A DNA stretch of 64,000 nt, taken from NCBI GenBank assembly GCA_976551045.1, contig CDPCPM010000317.1, positions 930,001 through 994,000 of the forward strand, written 5' to 3'. A model generated the notes under the pieces. That model had not been told where the DNA came from, made no database searches, and was given only the letters and a program-made list of their open reading frames with translations. This DNA is from Glaucostegus cemiculus (Eukaryota). Positions within the stretch are counted from its first letter, which is position 1. Every line of letters begins with the position of its first letter. This document shows, one piece after another, positions 14,756 through 30,256 of the stretch. The position numbers and the translations under genes were made by a program.

Positions 14756-15467
14756 GAATCAGAATCAGTTTTATTGTCACTTCCATATACACAGCATGCA
14801 TGGGAGCGAAATACTGTACTCCACAGATCAAGGTGCTGGTCACATTAAAAACAATGAGAGATGTAAAGACATTAACAACATTGGAACTGCAAAAGTTAAA
14901 GAGCGACTCAAATAAAGCGTTCTTAGAATGAACATACTGATGCAGCAGTCATTGGACATTTAAAGTGCTAGTGCATTTTTATACACCCGGCATCCTTTGG
15001 TGTTGGGAGGGATGAGGGAGTTCATGGTTCTGATTGCTTGTGGGGAAAAACGCTATTGCACAGTCTGGTAGTCCTTGCTGAGATGCACTGGAGCCGCCTT
15101 CCAGATGGCAAGAGTGTAAAGAGGTGGTAGGAGGGGTGAGAAGGGTCAGACATTATGTTTGTGGCCTTTCTGACACATCGGTCCATATATATGTCTGCAA
15201 TAAGAGGGTAGAGAGACACCTATAATCTTCTCTGCAGGGACTTCCATCCAGCAGCTGAGCAGCTCCCATACCAGATGATGATGAAGTGTGTCAGGATACT
15301 CTCAATGGTTCCTTTATAGAACGTTTTCATGATGGAAGGATGGGAGTTCACTTTCCTCAACCTCCGCAGGAAGTAGAGGGTTTCTGGGCTTTCTTGGTGA
15401 GGACTGTGGTGTTGGTGGACCAAGTCAGGTCATCAGCGACATGCACCCCCAGGAACTTGGTAGTTCT
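14756..15467 (-). mobile_element. Rex1/Babar-clade LINE, 5'-truncated and frameshifted
   Basis: Minus-strand frames LYFLRRLRK...FYKGTIESILT and DPSHPSYHLFTLLPSGRRL; 3' end GTGACAATAAAACTGATTCTGATTC; same family as 43766-44802. Confidence 0.9.
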
Positions 15468-16949
15468 AAAGCATTAATAAGTGGCATGAAAATCTTTTAT
15501 CTTGCCAAATTGAGTTAGGTCACGTTGACTTCATTTAGCCGGCATTGAACCAGATGGTTCAAACTGTTTGTTCAATTGGTTTAAAATGTCAAGCAGTGAG
15601 GTAAAACTGACAAATACTTCGCTTCAGGGCATATAGTAGTAGCAAAATTATGCTGATCAAAACATTGCTTGAATTGCCCGGTAGTTTGAAATTATTCTTA
15701 TAACATGTAAAATGTGTAGGACATGGGGAAGGATAAATGGGAAGAGGATGTCTTATTCTTAATTTTCATATGTTTTGCTTAGCATGTCTTGCTGTTTCAG
15801 ATGAAAGGTGGTCTTAATCAACATCTGTTCAAAGACCTGGTAATAGTTATAAACTTAGCTACCTCCTAGCATTTTGATTCTTTTAGGAAACTGGCAGAGG
15901 TATTGGTAGTTATTATGTAGAGTTCTGATTTAACAGTTATGATGTCTGTAATTGCTACCATCTTTATATCAGCTAAATGCTGTCTGTGTTCTGTGAGATT
16001 GGTACTGACCTGAAAGCAATTACCTCAGATTTCAGTTTGCAATTCCAGCCAAAAAGTTGACCCCTGTAACACTGTACAGAGACTGTGTAGGATTAAAATT
16101 GTTTGCAAAAGTCATTGACCTAAGTGGAACGTTGTGCAAATTTGCAGACTCCCTAGTTAAATGGGTTTATTATATGTATTTGAATAGGGTCTCTGTGCAC
16201 TTGACTGTAATAAGTATAATTATTAAGTGGCAACTATGGTAAAATGCCATCAAGGTGGAAATATTTATGTTGTGTGAAAGATTTATGGCATAGTGCTTTC
16301 TAAATTCTTGGAAAACGAAATTGATAAAAGGTAATCATGGTATCACATTATTATTGTGATCAGTATTAAAGTTTTTTGATTTTTGGGTCTGTACAGCTCA
16401 TAATGGTAAAAGAGATCTGGTAAAGAATAAGCATTTACAAAAACTTGAAAGCTCATTAAGTTGAATGGGCCTGTTTCATTGCTATGAATCCCATATCATT
16501 ATTTGACAAGCTAAATAGCAGTTCCCAGTGTTGGCTTCTGATATGTTTTCTCCACAATTGCAGTAAAGAATAATTCCCATAACTTAAGTATTTTTTTGTG
16601 GAAGTTCTACTGATTTACTATTTCATGTTTTATTTGGAACCATCCTGTATGGAAAGATTCTTGTTTTATGAAATACCTTGAATGTGAAAACTATGTTCAG
16701 GTGGTATGCTTGAGATGAAGGCAGGAAAGATACAAGGCAGTTTAAATTCACTTTTAAAACACCAAGCAATCTTGCTAAGTGAAAGTGGGTTACTTGTGTG
16801 TAGTCTAATGTGTGACATGTAAAACCAAGATGATGAGATTGTAGTTTGTATCTAGTTTGTTAAAATTGTGTACATCCATCTTGTAGACTGAAACAACAGA
16901 TGTGGATGTTACTGAGGGTGATACCTTAAAATGGGAAGTCAAACCTGGA

Positions 16950-17603
16950 CTTTCAATGTGAATGATAAGATCCTGGGGAGCATCCTAGAACTAAGGGACC
17001 TAGGAGTACAAGTGGTGATTTGGCACACTTGGCTTTCAGTCAGGACATCGAGTATACAAGTTGGAATGTTGTGTTGCAGTTGTGCAAGATGTTGGTGAAG
17101 CTACACCTGGAGTATTGTGTATGGTTTTGATCATCCTGTTATAGGAGAGCCTTAATTAAGCTAGAAATACTTCTTTAACCTTGAAAGAGTACAAAGAGCA
17201 TTTACGAGAATGTTTCCAGGATTCAAGGGCCTGAGATCTAGGAAGAGGTTGGGTAGACTGAGGGGTGTCCTTAGAGGTGTACAGAATCATGAGGGGCACA
17301 GATAGGGTGAATGCACTCTTTTCCCAATCAAGAACTAGAGGGCATAAGTTTAAGGTGAGAGGGGAAAGATTTAAAAGGGACCTGAGTGGTGGTAACTTCA
17401 TACAGAGAGTGGTGGATATTTGGAGTGAGCTGCCAGAGGAAGTGGTTGAGATGGGCACAATAACATTTAAGACACTTGGACAAATGCATGGTAAGAAAGG
17501 TTTAGGGGGATGTGGGCCAAACATGAGCTTAGATGGGCATCTTGGTTGGCATGAATGATTTGGGTTAAATGCCCTGTTTCTGTGCTGTATTGCTTTGACT
17601 CTA
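16950..17603 (+). mobile_element. CR1-clade LINE (HER1-like) 3' fragment
   Basis: EVYRIMRGTDRV...SRTRGHKFKVRGERFKRDL...WSELPEEVVE, followed by the CCTGTTTCTGTGCTGTA tail. Confidence 0.9.
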
Positions 17604-18594
17604 TAACTGGGAAGCCAAGTAATGAAGAATACCTACTTGGAGAACAGAATTAAACCATTTTTTTGCTGCTTTCCCTCAACTCTTGACACCTTGTTCGTAA
17701 CCTACACCTCAATCCCCTTTCCTAATTATTAACTCAATCTAAGCTACCACAGCATTCTGTTCAACCTCAGTTACAGTTCAAATCCAACAGTCTAGCCATT
17801 CAAGAAAAGAATAGGCTTGTTCAGCCTGTTTCTTTAGGTCTTGTCTCGCATGCAGTCTTTACTCTTGCTTTTGCTTCTCCATCTCTGGTCTTCAGTGATG
17901 AATGCCATTTAGTGTAGCCTCTTGGTTGTATCTGTTCTGGAAACCCCCATTTGGCTCCTACAATTCCCTCACTAAATTTTAAAGTCTCCTTGAAACCCAT
18001 CTTGACAACCATGTGCGCTTCCTTCATTGGCTGGTTTGCTTTTCCTTCCTCTCCTGAATACTTCTTGAAACTTTTTCTGTGGGGTTATTAGAGTGAATTT
18101 AAAGGATCTATTTGCATGGTCTGCAATGTCTGTACAACTTGACATCAATAAAGCAGTTTGAATCTGGTGTCTGGGTTGAACTGAACTGAGTGGACCATTT
18201 ATCTCTAGAGGAGTTTTCTCATGTTTTGCTTCAGAATTGGCTTGAACTCTCAGTTTTTCATTCCAATATCTATAAAGCCAGCTCTGGCTTTGCGTGGTTG
18301 AATTTGTGGAATGCAGATTGGCTATAAATGCTTTTGTGGTCTGGAGAATTTAGAGCGTGGGTTTTGAGGACTAGGAGAACAATTTTGAAATTAAGGATGT
18401 CAAAAGAAAAGATTTAACATATGGAACTATGTACAATAGTGATGAGTGATTTTTTTTTAAATTTGAGCCCAGTTAGTAAAGGGAATACAGACTTGTTGGT
18501 TTGAATTTGCATAGAAGTTGAGTGGTTTAGAATGTTACAATGAAATTAAACACTAAACCAGCCAATGCTTAAAGTCTTTCAGCTCAGTCCATCC

Positions 18595-18900
18595 ATTCAT
18601 TGGATGTGGGAAATGTTGGTAACACCACCTTTTAATTCTGATCTCTTCTCAACGTGAGTTAAGGCTAAGATGTTGCCTTGGCAGCTGGGTGGCTTGCTAG
18701 GCAATTTCAGATGGCAGCTAAGGATTACATTGCTCTGGCTCTAGAGTTGCATGTAGGCCAGACTTCTTCTGAAGGACGTCAGTGAACTATGCAGGCTTTT
18801 AAACATTTTGCTAGTTTCATGGTTCTCAATAATGACTTATGGCTTTTTAACAGCTAGAGAATTTTGTGTTGGGGAAATTGTGTGTCTGGATTACTTATCC
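18595..18900 (-). mobile_element. Old elasmobranch SINE (family of 41150-41490)
   Basis: Reverse-complement similarity to 41150-41490 and 29135-29370 (GTGGCTTGCTAGGCAATTTCAGA, TGAAGGACGTCAGTGAAC). Confidence 0.6.
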
Positions 18901-19072
18901 ACTGTTATAATTAATATCTCAATGCTGAATAATGTTCGTGATGCACGCAATGAGCTATTTGAAAGTCAATATGAAAGGTTTGCTTTGCATATTACTGATT
19001 TGGGTGCTCAGAAAACTGATCTGCTCAGATAACCCTTGCAGTAAGCAATAGCTCTTTTGTCAATGGATAGCT

Positions 19073-19540
19073 ATAAGAACATTTGAAATGGGAGTAGGCC
19101 ATTTGAGCCTACTTTAATATTCATTATGATCATGGCTGATCTTTTCCTCTATGCCATTTTCTTGCATTATCCCATATCCCTGGATTCCTTTACTATCCAT
19201 GAGCCTACCTTTATTTTGAATGAACTCTTGACACAGCCTCCAGCTTTCTGGGGTGGCAAATTTCAACGTGTTGCAATGTTTTGCGTGAAGAAATTTCTTC
19301 TCTCCTCAGTCCCAAGCAGTCATCCTTTTTATTCTGAGGAGAGGGTCAGGGAAAACTCCCTCTCTGTCTGTTGAGCCCTTTTAAGAGCTTGGTGAGATGA
19401 GCTTCAATGGAAGCTCCTTGTACTCTTTTAAACTCTTGAGAATGCAAGTCTAGGCTATGCAGTCTTTGCTCATGCATCAAACCTGACATCACCAAATCAA
19501 TTTAGTGAATTCTTGCTCCACTCCTTTATGGGTAAGGAGA
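19073..19540 (-). mobile_element. Old CR1 LINE 3' fragment
   Basis: ATAAGAACA...GGAGTAGGCCATTTGAGCC...GATCATGGCTGATC...GTGAAGAAATTTCTTCTC is a typical reversed CR1 3' end. Confidence 0.65.
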
Positions 19541-20112
19541 CTAAAACTATATAATGCACCAGTTTTAAAGTATGACTGTTTTACAAAAATATATTTGCTT
19601 TGATGCATTACCTTTTTTATTAAAAGCTTTTGCAACAAAGGTAAAATTTGAACTTGCAAACCATGTAACTCTTTCCATCTGGAGAGGTTTGATATGGTAT
19701 GGTAATTCTGTGGAGTAGAAGTTCCTAGTAAGAGGTTGTAGTATTTGAATTCAGCTGAATTAATATGGACATTAATGAATTGTTGCAAAAACATGTTCAT
19801 AGATGCCCTTCAAGTATGAAACCTGTTATTTGTTACTATGAAATGAACATCAAGACAACAACATGACATTGAACCACATCAGCCACAATTGTGTTGAATG
19901 GCAAGAACCTGTGTTCCCATAAATGGATTATAGAGCCAAATCACCCACCAGTATTGCCTACATTAAAGAACAAATAATAGCATGAAATTATTGTGTCTTT
20001 AAGATCTTAAAACCAGTCTCCACACAACAATGCAGTGCCCCCCAAGTTAATTTCTGAGAAATAATCCACTTTAACAGCAACTGAATGTTAACTCCTATGT
20101 TACTTAATCTAA

Positions 20113-20313
<201 letters not shown>

Positions 20314-22259
20314 TGAATGTATTTGTATTCAATCAAGGTTGGTTAATGATATGTCTAAGTTGACTTTTTGTAGAGTTTGACTTTCTTGTGCTTTCTACTT
20401 GATGTTTTCAACAAAAATAGTCTTTTTTTTTGGCTACCTTGTGAAAATGACCTACTTAACCTAGGAAGTTATAGTTAAGCTAGTTAAAGTGCTATTCAGG
20501 CCTAGTGATTCCAGGTTTGAAGAATGTGAACATTTCCCCCATTTAAATAAAATTTAACCAGCATGAAGCAAGCAGGAAAATGATCTATGAATTTGATTAA
20601 GTGTATGTTATTTTGATTGGTACAATTATTTATTTGGTTTTATCTGAATGATGTAAAGCACAAACTTTTTAAACCATTTTCTTTATGGCAAATTGGTATT
20701 TTCTAGGTCTCACTGAAATAAAGTCATCCATAAATGAATAACACAAACTTAATATTTACCTGATTTTTTAATAAAGTAGAAACAAAATCAAAGATTGCAT
20801 TGGGATTTGCTCACTAAATTGGTTAAACCTGTGTTCTTATTCCCTGGAAATATCATTTGAGAATCCTTGAATGTAATTGATTTCCTCCTCCTCCCACCAC
20901 CATTGCCCTTGATTTATCCATTGATCAGTTTAACTTAATCCTTGATGCCACATTGTATTAATGCTGCCTTGTCAGCTGGGTAGTTTTCTGACCCTCTGAA
21001 ATTCTGCTTTTTTTTGGCTATGTCTGTAATGAGATCTGGACTTTCATGGTTCTGGCAGAACCTAAACTGAGCATCACTCCAAGTTGTTGTTTGATAGCAA
21101 AATTATCAGCAGTAATGAAATTTAGTAGATATTTAAGGCAGATATTTTGGTTTTGAACAGGGCATTTTTCCACATTGTTAGATAAATTGAAGTCTAGCTG
21201 TTCTGAAGCAAGTTGGTTAAAAGCACAGCTATTTCTAGAGCACGCTGAGGTGTTTGGCACTGATTTAGTTTTTACTGTATCTAGTGCACTCTACTTTTGT
21301 ATAAAGTTGAGTGAATTAGGCTGGCTCTGTGATCATGGCAACGTCAAGGAGACAAATGGATTATCCATTTTCATGTTTCTGGATGAATTACTTCCAACCA
21401 TTTCAGCCTTTTGAGCTTGTACTGATATGACTGACAGGGCTGCCAAGCTTTAAGCTGATCTCTTGGTTGTGGGATTGTATAACTCCAGAGAATGCTATTT
21501 TTGCTTTAAGCAAATGTATTTGTCTCTTATTGGTCAGGACCCTTTTGTTCTTTGAACCGGGGTTGATTCCTTGGCTTGATGGCAATAGCAGAGCAAACAA
21601 TTTAATGTGTGTTGTGAAGTTAAGACAATGGAACATAATTTAGCCTTAAGTACCTTGTGTCCATTATAAATTAGATATGTTTTGAATCTCCCATTTACTT
21701 TAGTGGGCATGCCACAAGACATTAAGGACACCCTTCACTGTGTAGAGATGGGACATGGACATTGATCATTATTAATATCGTAATGGCCATGTGTTTTGGA
21801 TAGCTTGAGGCTTTTTTTGCTTGTTGCAGTCTCTGTCTGCCTTCTGTACTTCAGGGCTTGATTTTGTTTTGGTGCCATCAAGCCATTCCTGGTGATGGGC
21901 ACATTTGACTCTGGCAGATTGCCAGATTTCCTGTTTTGTTTTATATGACTGCTCCTACCTCCTGGCTAGTGTGTCTTACCAGTGGGATGAGACAGGATAT
22001 TACATGGGGAACCTTGGAATCTGGAATTTTGGCAGAAAGGTGATGTTCTGAGTATTACAGTGTCAGACTATTTCTTGTCTAGTCTGTGGTACAGCTTGCT
22101 CAATATAGACTTGTACCCACATAATTTAGTGTTGATGATGTTGATATGGAGTGTGCTTTGCTAAATTGACAATGTACTTTGTCTGGTACCTATGTCTGTG
22201 CAAAGAGGACGCTGTATTCTTGTCATATAGTTTAAGGCGTGCTGCAACAGAATGGCCTG

Positions 22260-22515
22260 CATGACCATTTTCTAAGATGTAGTTAGAGTTGACCAAATTC
22301 TTGTGCTGGAGTTGCTTAGACCAAGTAAAAAGGCAACTAAGTTCCCTTCCTGAAGGATATTAGTGAACTAGATGAAATTTTAAGATTTCATTAGTTTCAC
22401 AGTCCTATTTCTAACACTTAAAAAAAAAGTAATTGTTTATTTTAATTAAATTTCCCAACTGCTTTGGGATTTACATTTGTTTCTGAATTGTATATCCTGA
22501 TCTATGGATTGCAAA
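22260..22515 (-). mobile_element. Old elasmobranch SINE fragment (family of 41150-41490)
   Basis: TTCCCTTCCTGAAGGATATTAGTGAACTAGATG is the reverse complement of the motif at 29255-29290. Confidence 0.55.
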
Positions 22516-23039
22516 CCTAATGAGCACAGTGAAGCTGTGTGCCAATAAGATGTTAGACAGCTTTGGGATTGGAAGAAAATTAAATGACTAGGCCTAGTAA
22601 ATTGAAATGAAATTTCCTGTAATTTATTAAGCTTGCTGTTGATCTGTGCCTATGCAACAAAAAATATTTAAGACTTTGAATAGGAGCCAAGTTTATCCCT
22701 ATCCTAGACTAGCTACCATCATGATCATTTGTACCCCTGCTGAGTTTCATTTAAGTAGGCAGAAGTTGGGGATTAAGTTTTAACCATACTTAACTGTTTT
22801 TGTTAGAACAAAAAGCTGGTAGACTTTGTTCAACATTGTTTTGAAGATGTATTTGATTCTTGGCCCCGTTTTAACTGATTTGATACAAAATCTGCTTGAA
22901 TAAGCTAAAGAATGCAATTGACCAAACACCGCAGAAGTATTGCAAGCTGGAACAGCCTAGAGAATATCTGGAACAATTGATTTAGCCATGGTAGTGCATT
23001 TATTTTAAATCGGGTTGTTGGTTGAATTCTTTTTTCCAA

Positions 23040-23362
23040 AGACTTGAGCACAAAAATCTAAGCTGATGTTTCATTGTAGCCTGAGTGGCATGAATTATTA
23101 AACAGGATGAATTATTAAATGGGCACTATCTTTCCCTTTGGGTGGTTGTAGAAAGTCCCAAGGTGCTACTTTGAGCAGTAGTGCCTTGGCCAATACTTCA
23201 CCTTCAACTGAGATCATATTTAAAAAGTCTGAGTGTGACTGTGGGATCTTGCTGTGTATAAATTAGTTGTCTTATTTCCTACAATACGATTGTGATCATA
23301 CTTCAAAACTACTTTGCCTTTGAAGCATTGTGGGATGTATTCAGGTTGTAGAAAGGTGCTAT
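23040..23362 (+). mobile_element. DeuSINE-like (SacSINE1/AmnSINE-type) element
   Basis: TTGAGCACAAAAATCTAAGCTGA...TGTGGGATCTTGCTGTGTATAAATTAGTTG...ACTTCAAAA...GAAAGGTGCTAT. Confidence 0.7.
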
Positions 23363-23609
23363 GCCCTGGAATCTTGTTGATTTATTTCACAGTCCTTGTA
23401 CTTGCTGATCACTGCTTAACCTGCTGTACATGCCCCAGAAGTGAAAGTTTCAAAGTTCTCAAAAATTGATGGTATTAATAATGTGTAATGCTGTTGTAAG
23501 GTTCCCCAGTTATCATTACTTGCCATTTTGTTTCAGGTATCTGTAAATCTTGTCCTTAGTCATTTAGTTTATTGAGTAAATGATCTAGAATTGAGGTTTC
23601 TATTTTTAA

Positions 23610-23930
<321 letters not shown>

Positions 23931-24514
23931 TAAATTCAGTTTTCTGGGAATTGGATTTGGCAGCTTATCAACGGGGCTTAATAATGTTGATGAAATCCAG
24001 TTTTGTCCTGACCTTTCTTAAATGTTAAATCATCTGAATATTTGTTTTCTATGAAGCTTTATTTCCCCATCCACTTACATATAGTTATTTTGTTTTGGTA
24101 CATAGTTTCACACATTGAGATGTTCCAAATGGCTGTTCTTGAATGTTAACCATGCTGTGTTGACAGCCAGTAACATCATAGTCCATCTTGATCCTAATCT
24201 CTATATTTTTGGAGATTGGGAATCTGATTTATTTAAGATCTGCCAATGGAGGGAAGTTGTGGAACCCCGCTAAAGTTAGTGCATGTAACCATTGCTAAGA
24301 GAAAGTTAAGAAATAAATGGATAACGAAGCTCCTGATTGCTGATGGTAAACATAGCAAATAAGTAATTCTTTATTACTATATATTGGAATAATCTATTTT
24401 AAAAAATCATGTACTGCATATTGACTGAATTTTCATATCTGAAAAATGATTGAGGCGAAAGATAAATAAAACTTATATAGCTTCCTAATGAAGTCCAAGG
24501 ATATTTTGAACTGA

Positions 24515-24897
24515 ATTGGTTTATTATTGTCACATGCACTAAGATGCAGTGGAAAAACTTTTTGTTTTGAATGCTATCCATACAAATCATTCCAAAATAT
24601 TGGTACATCAAAGTAGTACAAAGGGAAAGGCAATAGAAGAATATAGTGTTACTGTTAGAGAGAGTGCAGTGTAAGTACACAAGTAAGACGCAAGGGCTAC
24701 GACAAGGTAGTTGAGAGATCACGAGTTTATCTTTGTACAAGAAGTCCATTCATGAATCCTATAACAGTGGGATAGAAGCTATGAGCCTGGTGATATGTTT
24801 TTTCAGGGTTTTGTATCTTCTGCCCAATGGAAGGGGGGGAGAAAAAGAGAATGACCTGGGTAGTAGAGATCTTTGATTATGTTGGCTGCTTTCCCCA
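24515..24897 (-). mobile_element. Rex1-like LINE 3' end of a second family
   Basis: Reverse complement has an LP(L)GRR-like remnant (CTTCCATTGGGCAGAAG) and ends GTGACAATAATAAACC. Confidence 0.7.
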
Positions 24898-25833
24898 ACA
24901 AGGTTGTGTGACAGTGAGCTAAATGATCAGATCCATATGTTATGAAGATAGTTGAGCAGTACAGTGGCCAGGTTGCCAAGAGAAATAGCTTTCAGTAGTG
25001 CCACCTAAAAGCAGTCAAGGCTGCAGTTTAACAGCTCATTCTAAAGGTGATATATCCAACAATGCAGATTTCTCAGTTTATTCTATTTGTGTTGGCTAGA
25101 TTATATGCAATTAGGCCTGTATATATACATGATTTAACTAAGGTAAGTGCACTGAATCATCACTGGCAATTATATGGTGACACCTGTTCTAGAATTACTT
25201 ATCACATACAGTGACAGGCCTGGCATCAGTAAGGTACAATGTCTCCAACAATGCAGAAGAGTGCCCCTTTGAAATGGAGCTAGAATCCACAATTTGTTTT
25301 ACTTCATTGAATGTGGCTTTAATATTTTTTCCCTCCTTTCCCCTTTCTGGCCAAAGTTGATACCTAATTCATAATTGTGTAAATGTTGATCAAGGTTTAT
25401 TCTTGATCATTCCAATATTGAACTAATGACCTGGTATTATAGATAAATTTATTCTGTGCTTCCATTTATCATAGATCTATAAAAATTCTATCTATCTCTG
25501 GCAGTTTCTTGAACTGGACTAACTGTCCTGGAAGAACTGGTTTCCTCTACTTATCAAATGAAACACCTCACAATAGATATCTGGGACTCCACCTTGCAAG
25601 AGGCATCGCATTCTTAGCTATCTTTTGCTAGGCCTGGTTCCTTTGTTTAAGAAAAAGAGAACCAACTGTGCAATGTTTCTGAAAACTGGTCTTCTGTATG
25701 TATTTAGAATTGCTGAAATCTGTTGCAATATGATACGGTGTTGTAGCTCAATCCATAAAGTTCTAGATGAATACCTTTTGTGCTTCAGTTTAGAATTTTT
25801 TGCTGATCAAAACAAGCTCTCCATAGTTTTTAG

Positions 25834-26100
<267 letters not shown>

Positions 26101-27017
26101 TGAGGTGGTAGAATGTCCCCATTGGGGACTGGCACAGCAGTTTTATACACTGTACCCACTAAGTTTGGTCTCATCCAGCTTGGACAATTGCCAATGTCAG
26201 AGAAACTATCAAAATTTAGGATTGGAATGGAAACTTCCCTATTCTCATTGTGCAAGACTGACCATAATTGTGCATTAATTGGTAAATTACCAGTTTTGAA
26301 TGGCTGGGGCAGAATATTGAAATAGTTGGTCATCTTCAAAGAAAGTGAAATGCAGGGATACATAAAGATTGATTTTAGTCCGTGATGTAACTGCTTAACT
26401 TGCTCATTTGGTGCTGGTTCAAAGTTAATCTTGCATCTGTTTAAAATAATTTGAAAGACTGGAAGCAGGCAGCCTTGCTAATTGATTTCATCAGTAAAAT
26501 AAAACATGGTTGGATATAAAATGGATATTAAAGTTGTGTGCATCAGATTTTTAAATTCATTTGACTTTGATTTTTGAATTGATTCCAGTTTGGATTCCAT
26601 TAGGTGTAAATAGTATTTTGATAGAAGTTTAACAGAAAACATGCAGGAGGCTGGGTAGTCTTTGTTTAATACTGGTATTCTGATATCAAATATTCTATGA
26701 ATAGAAGCAAATTCTGAACAATTGTAACTATTGGTCTGTATATTTAATTTTATTAACTCTGGGCACTGGAATGAGAGATGGCAGCCTTTATCACAGGATG
26801 AAATTTTATCATCTCAAGGAGGATATGTTCCATATTAAGTGATGCCTTGAAATTGCTTTGAAGTATGAAGCTGACGGGAAGTAATCATTGACTTGCAGTT
26901 TGTAATTTTAAGTGTCCTGTGCCATATGCAAAGTAGAAGGAAATTGGGTGGTTCCAAGTAGTAGTTCTGTTTTGCTAATGACTGCAAACCATTATAGTAC
27001 ATTTTAATATATTTTAA

Positions 27018-27188
<171 letters not shown>

Positions 27189-28928
27189 TAATGTATGCAA
27201 CATAATGTATCATTTATTCTTTTGGTGTGGGTAGAGAGGAGGGAGGAAGGAAAGTGATCTCTTAAACTGGAGTGATAGGTAAAAGTCTTTTGTAGCTAGC
27301 CTTTATTGTTGTCATGTCTGTTACTTGAATCCTGTTACTAATGTTCATGCAAAATCTCTGAAAAGCCATGGATATTTTATAATACAGCTGCTGTTCATTT
27401 TAAATGGTTGAGTGCCCCTAATTTTCACGATGGCAACAAACTAGCCCAATGTTCAATTTGCATTTTTCTAAATTTTTGCCTCCAAGCTGGAAGTGTGAAT
27501 TTCATTTGTAAAAGATTTGTTTAATCTGCTGTGAAATGCACTTGAACATGTTCCATTTTACAGTAAAGATACTAATTATGATAGGTCACTTTGTTCTCAC
27601 TGCTTCACTCTTAATTGTTTGGTTGAAATCTTGCATAAAATATTGATGCAGTTGAATACTTTCAATTTATTATGTAAATAAATAGCACTAAGATGGATAC
27701 TGAATTGTACCTTTTTTCAAAAGTGCTATTTAGAACATGCATTGAATTTTATTGTGCTCTGATTATTTAATGGGTTGGATCATGCAGTTAAAAGAAATGC
27801 TTTACCCAAGATATTCATGAAATGTTATATGACTTTTGAGGCCATTTGGCACTGGGCTTATTCTTGCAACAATTCAACACAAGTCTAATCCCCTTACTAG
27901 CTAGCATCTCCATAGGCTGGCTTTAGCCTCCAATTGTTTATCCACATTTTCCTTTAAGATGCAGTGGTCTGTCTTGATTGTGGCCTTGAGGGAAAAATTC
28001 CATTGTCACACAAAAATTTTAAATTTACAGCTCCCTCATTTTTGACTTCTCAATCAAAGGAAATGGTCTTTCCATATTATTTCACTGTTTTGAAAACTTG
28101 TAATATATCACCCATTTGGTTTCTTAACTCCATTGGAAATTGTCCCAGTACTTCAAATATGACTTTTTAAAAAAAATACTGCTTTTGTAGTTTGCTTTTA
28201 ATACACTCATGTAACAGGAGATTTATAACTATAGGCTGATCATCTTTCTTGCAGTATTGCTCCCTGTGCTGTCATTGCTAAACTAAAAATATAAGAATTG
28301 TGTAATGGAAGCTTTTTGTATCACTCATTTCAGGTTTTTATTCCATTTTAATGTGTTGCTGTAACTCTAATTAAACAACAGAATGGATGCATGAAAACTT
28401 GCCTCCAGGTGTAAAATACAACTCTAATACATATTTGGGCTTTTGGCTTGACCAATCAGGGCATGAACTTTTTTAAAGTTTTATAAAATATGAAGTTAAT
28501 ATAGCAGTTCTGCAAACATAGTGAGGGAATTAGGCCATTTATTATTAGAGCTGTTTTGGAAGGGATCTTCCCATGGGAGGCAGCTCTACGATTTAGAGGG
28601 CTATAAAATTTCTCTGCACGTTTCAGTTGACTTTCAATGGGCTCTTTAGATGTGTTAGCATAGTACCTTGACTCAGAAGTCAATTTCAAGGGACAAGTAT
28701 TCCCAGAAAATGTTGAATTTAATGGAATTGCACTTGAAATATAAATGGGTTTACGCAGTGAATATATTCATTGAATTTAATTTTTCCTTCCCTTGATGTA
28801 GAGTGCCTTAAATAACTTCTGCAGCTGAAATAGCTTTAACATGTATCCCATGAATTTTGAAGGTTAAGGAAAAGAAACTTTTCAAAATTAAAGTTGTAGA
28901 ACTTTTATAGTTGTTTCATTGTAATTAA

Positions 28929-29135
<207 letters not shown>

Positions 29136-29949
29136 TGAGGCCTGGACTAAAAATGCAGATAACCATGGCATCTCCTGAAATTTGAATTCTAGTTATAAAT
29201 CTAGAATTTAGAAAAGTCATGATCACAAAACTATTGGATTGTCATAAAGCCCTATCTGGTTCACTAATCACCTTGGGGGAGAAAATCTGCCAGCCTCACC
29301 TGGTCTATATGTGGCTACAGACCTACCAATATGTGGTTGACTGTTAAGTACCCTCTGCAACAGATCACTCGGCATTGACCTAGACACCAAATTTAGCTAC
29401 TGGGGCCTAGGGATTAAATTGGGAAGGCAGTGTCACAGATGACATGCCAGGCCCTTCTATTGCAGTTCCTGGGTGCATCCAATCTTATAGGCATGGCAGA
29501 CCCATCAGAGGAGGTGGCTTATTTGTATGTGGGAGGGAGTTGCCGTCTTCTGACCTCTTCAGATGGTGAATCAGTGTTCACGTTGAACAACATTCAGAAG
29601 AAACACTGAAAGTTGAAGGGTACTGATTGTCCTCTATATGGATGACTACATTGTCTCCTCACCACTGGCTGAGGCCTGAAGATATTGCTGCCAGATGGGT
29701 CCGCAACAGGTAGCAAGTAAACCCAACACATGAGGAACATTGGAAGTGACCACTGCACAGCCGGCCTTCACACAAGGGGTTCTCTCCATTGTTAATTGGC
29801 ACCATAATCATGTTAAATGAGGCAGAATAGGAACAGATTTGGCAGCTTAAAGCTGGACATCCATAAGGACCTGTGAATTATCAGTAGTGGCAGGAATGTA
29901 TGCTACCATAAATTTTAACCACGTGGCCCAGCAGATCCCTTGCTTTGTA

Positions 29950-30256
29950 TTTTCCATATTTTGGCCCATATCTGTGCCAGCTCAGAATAATCCCACTTCC
30001 CTACTAATTTTCCTTGTAACCTATTCCTCACACTACCTCCAGATTCTTCCACTCGCCTTCACATTAGGGCAATTTACAGTGGCCAATTAACTGACCTATA
30101 CATTAGTTGCAGAAGGAAACTGGAGCACCTGTGGGGAGGGGAAACCATCAATGCAATCATAGCGAATGTGGACACTCCACACAGTACAGGTTGGGTTTGA
30201 ACCTGCGTTGCTGGATTTGAGAGGCAGCAGCTTTACTAGCTGAGCCACTCTGCTGT
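29950..30256 (-). mobile_element. Old V-SINE nested in the LINE
   Basis: GGAAACTGGAGCACC...TTTGAACCTGCGTTGCTGGATTTGAGAGGCAGCAGC is a reversed V-domain plus tRNA head. Confidence 0.75.
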
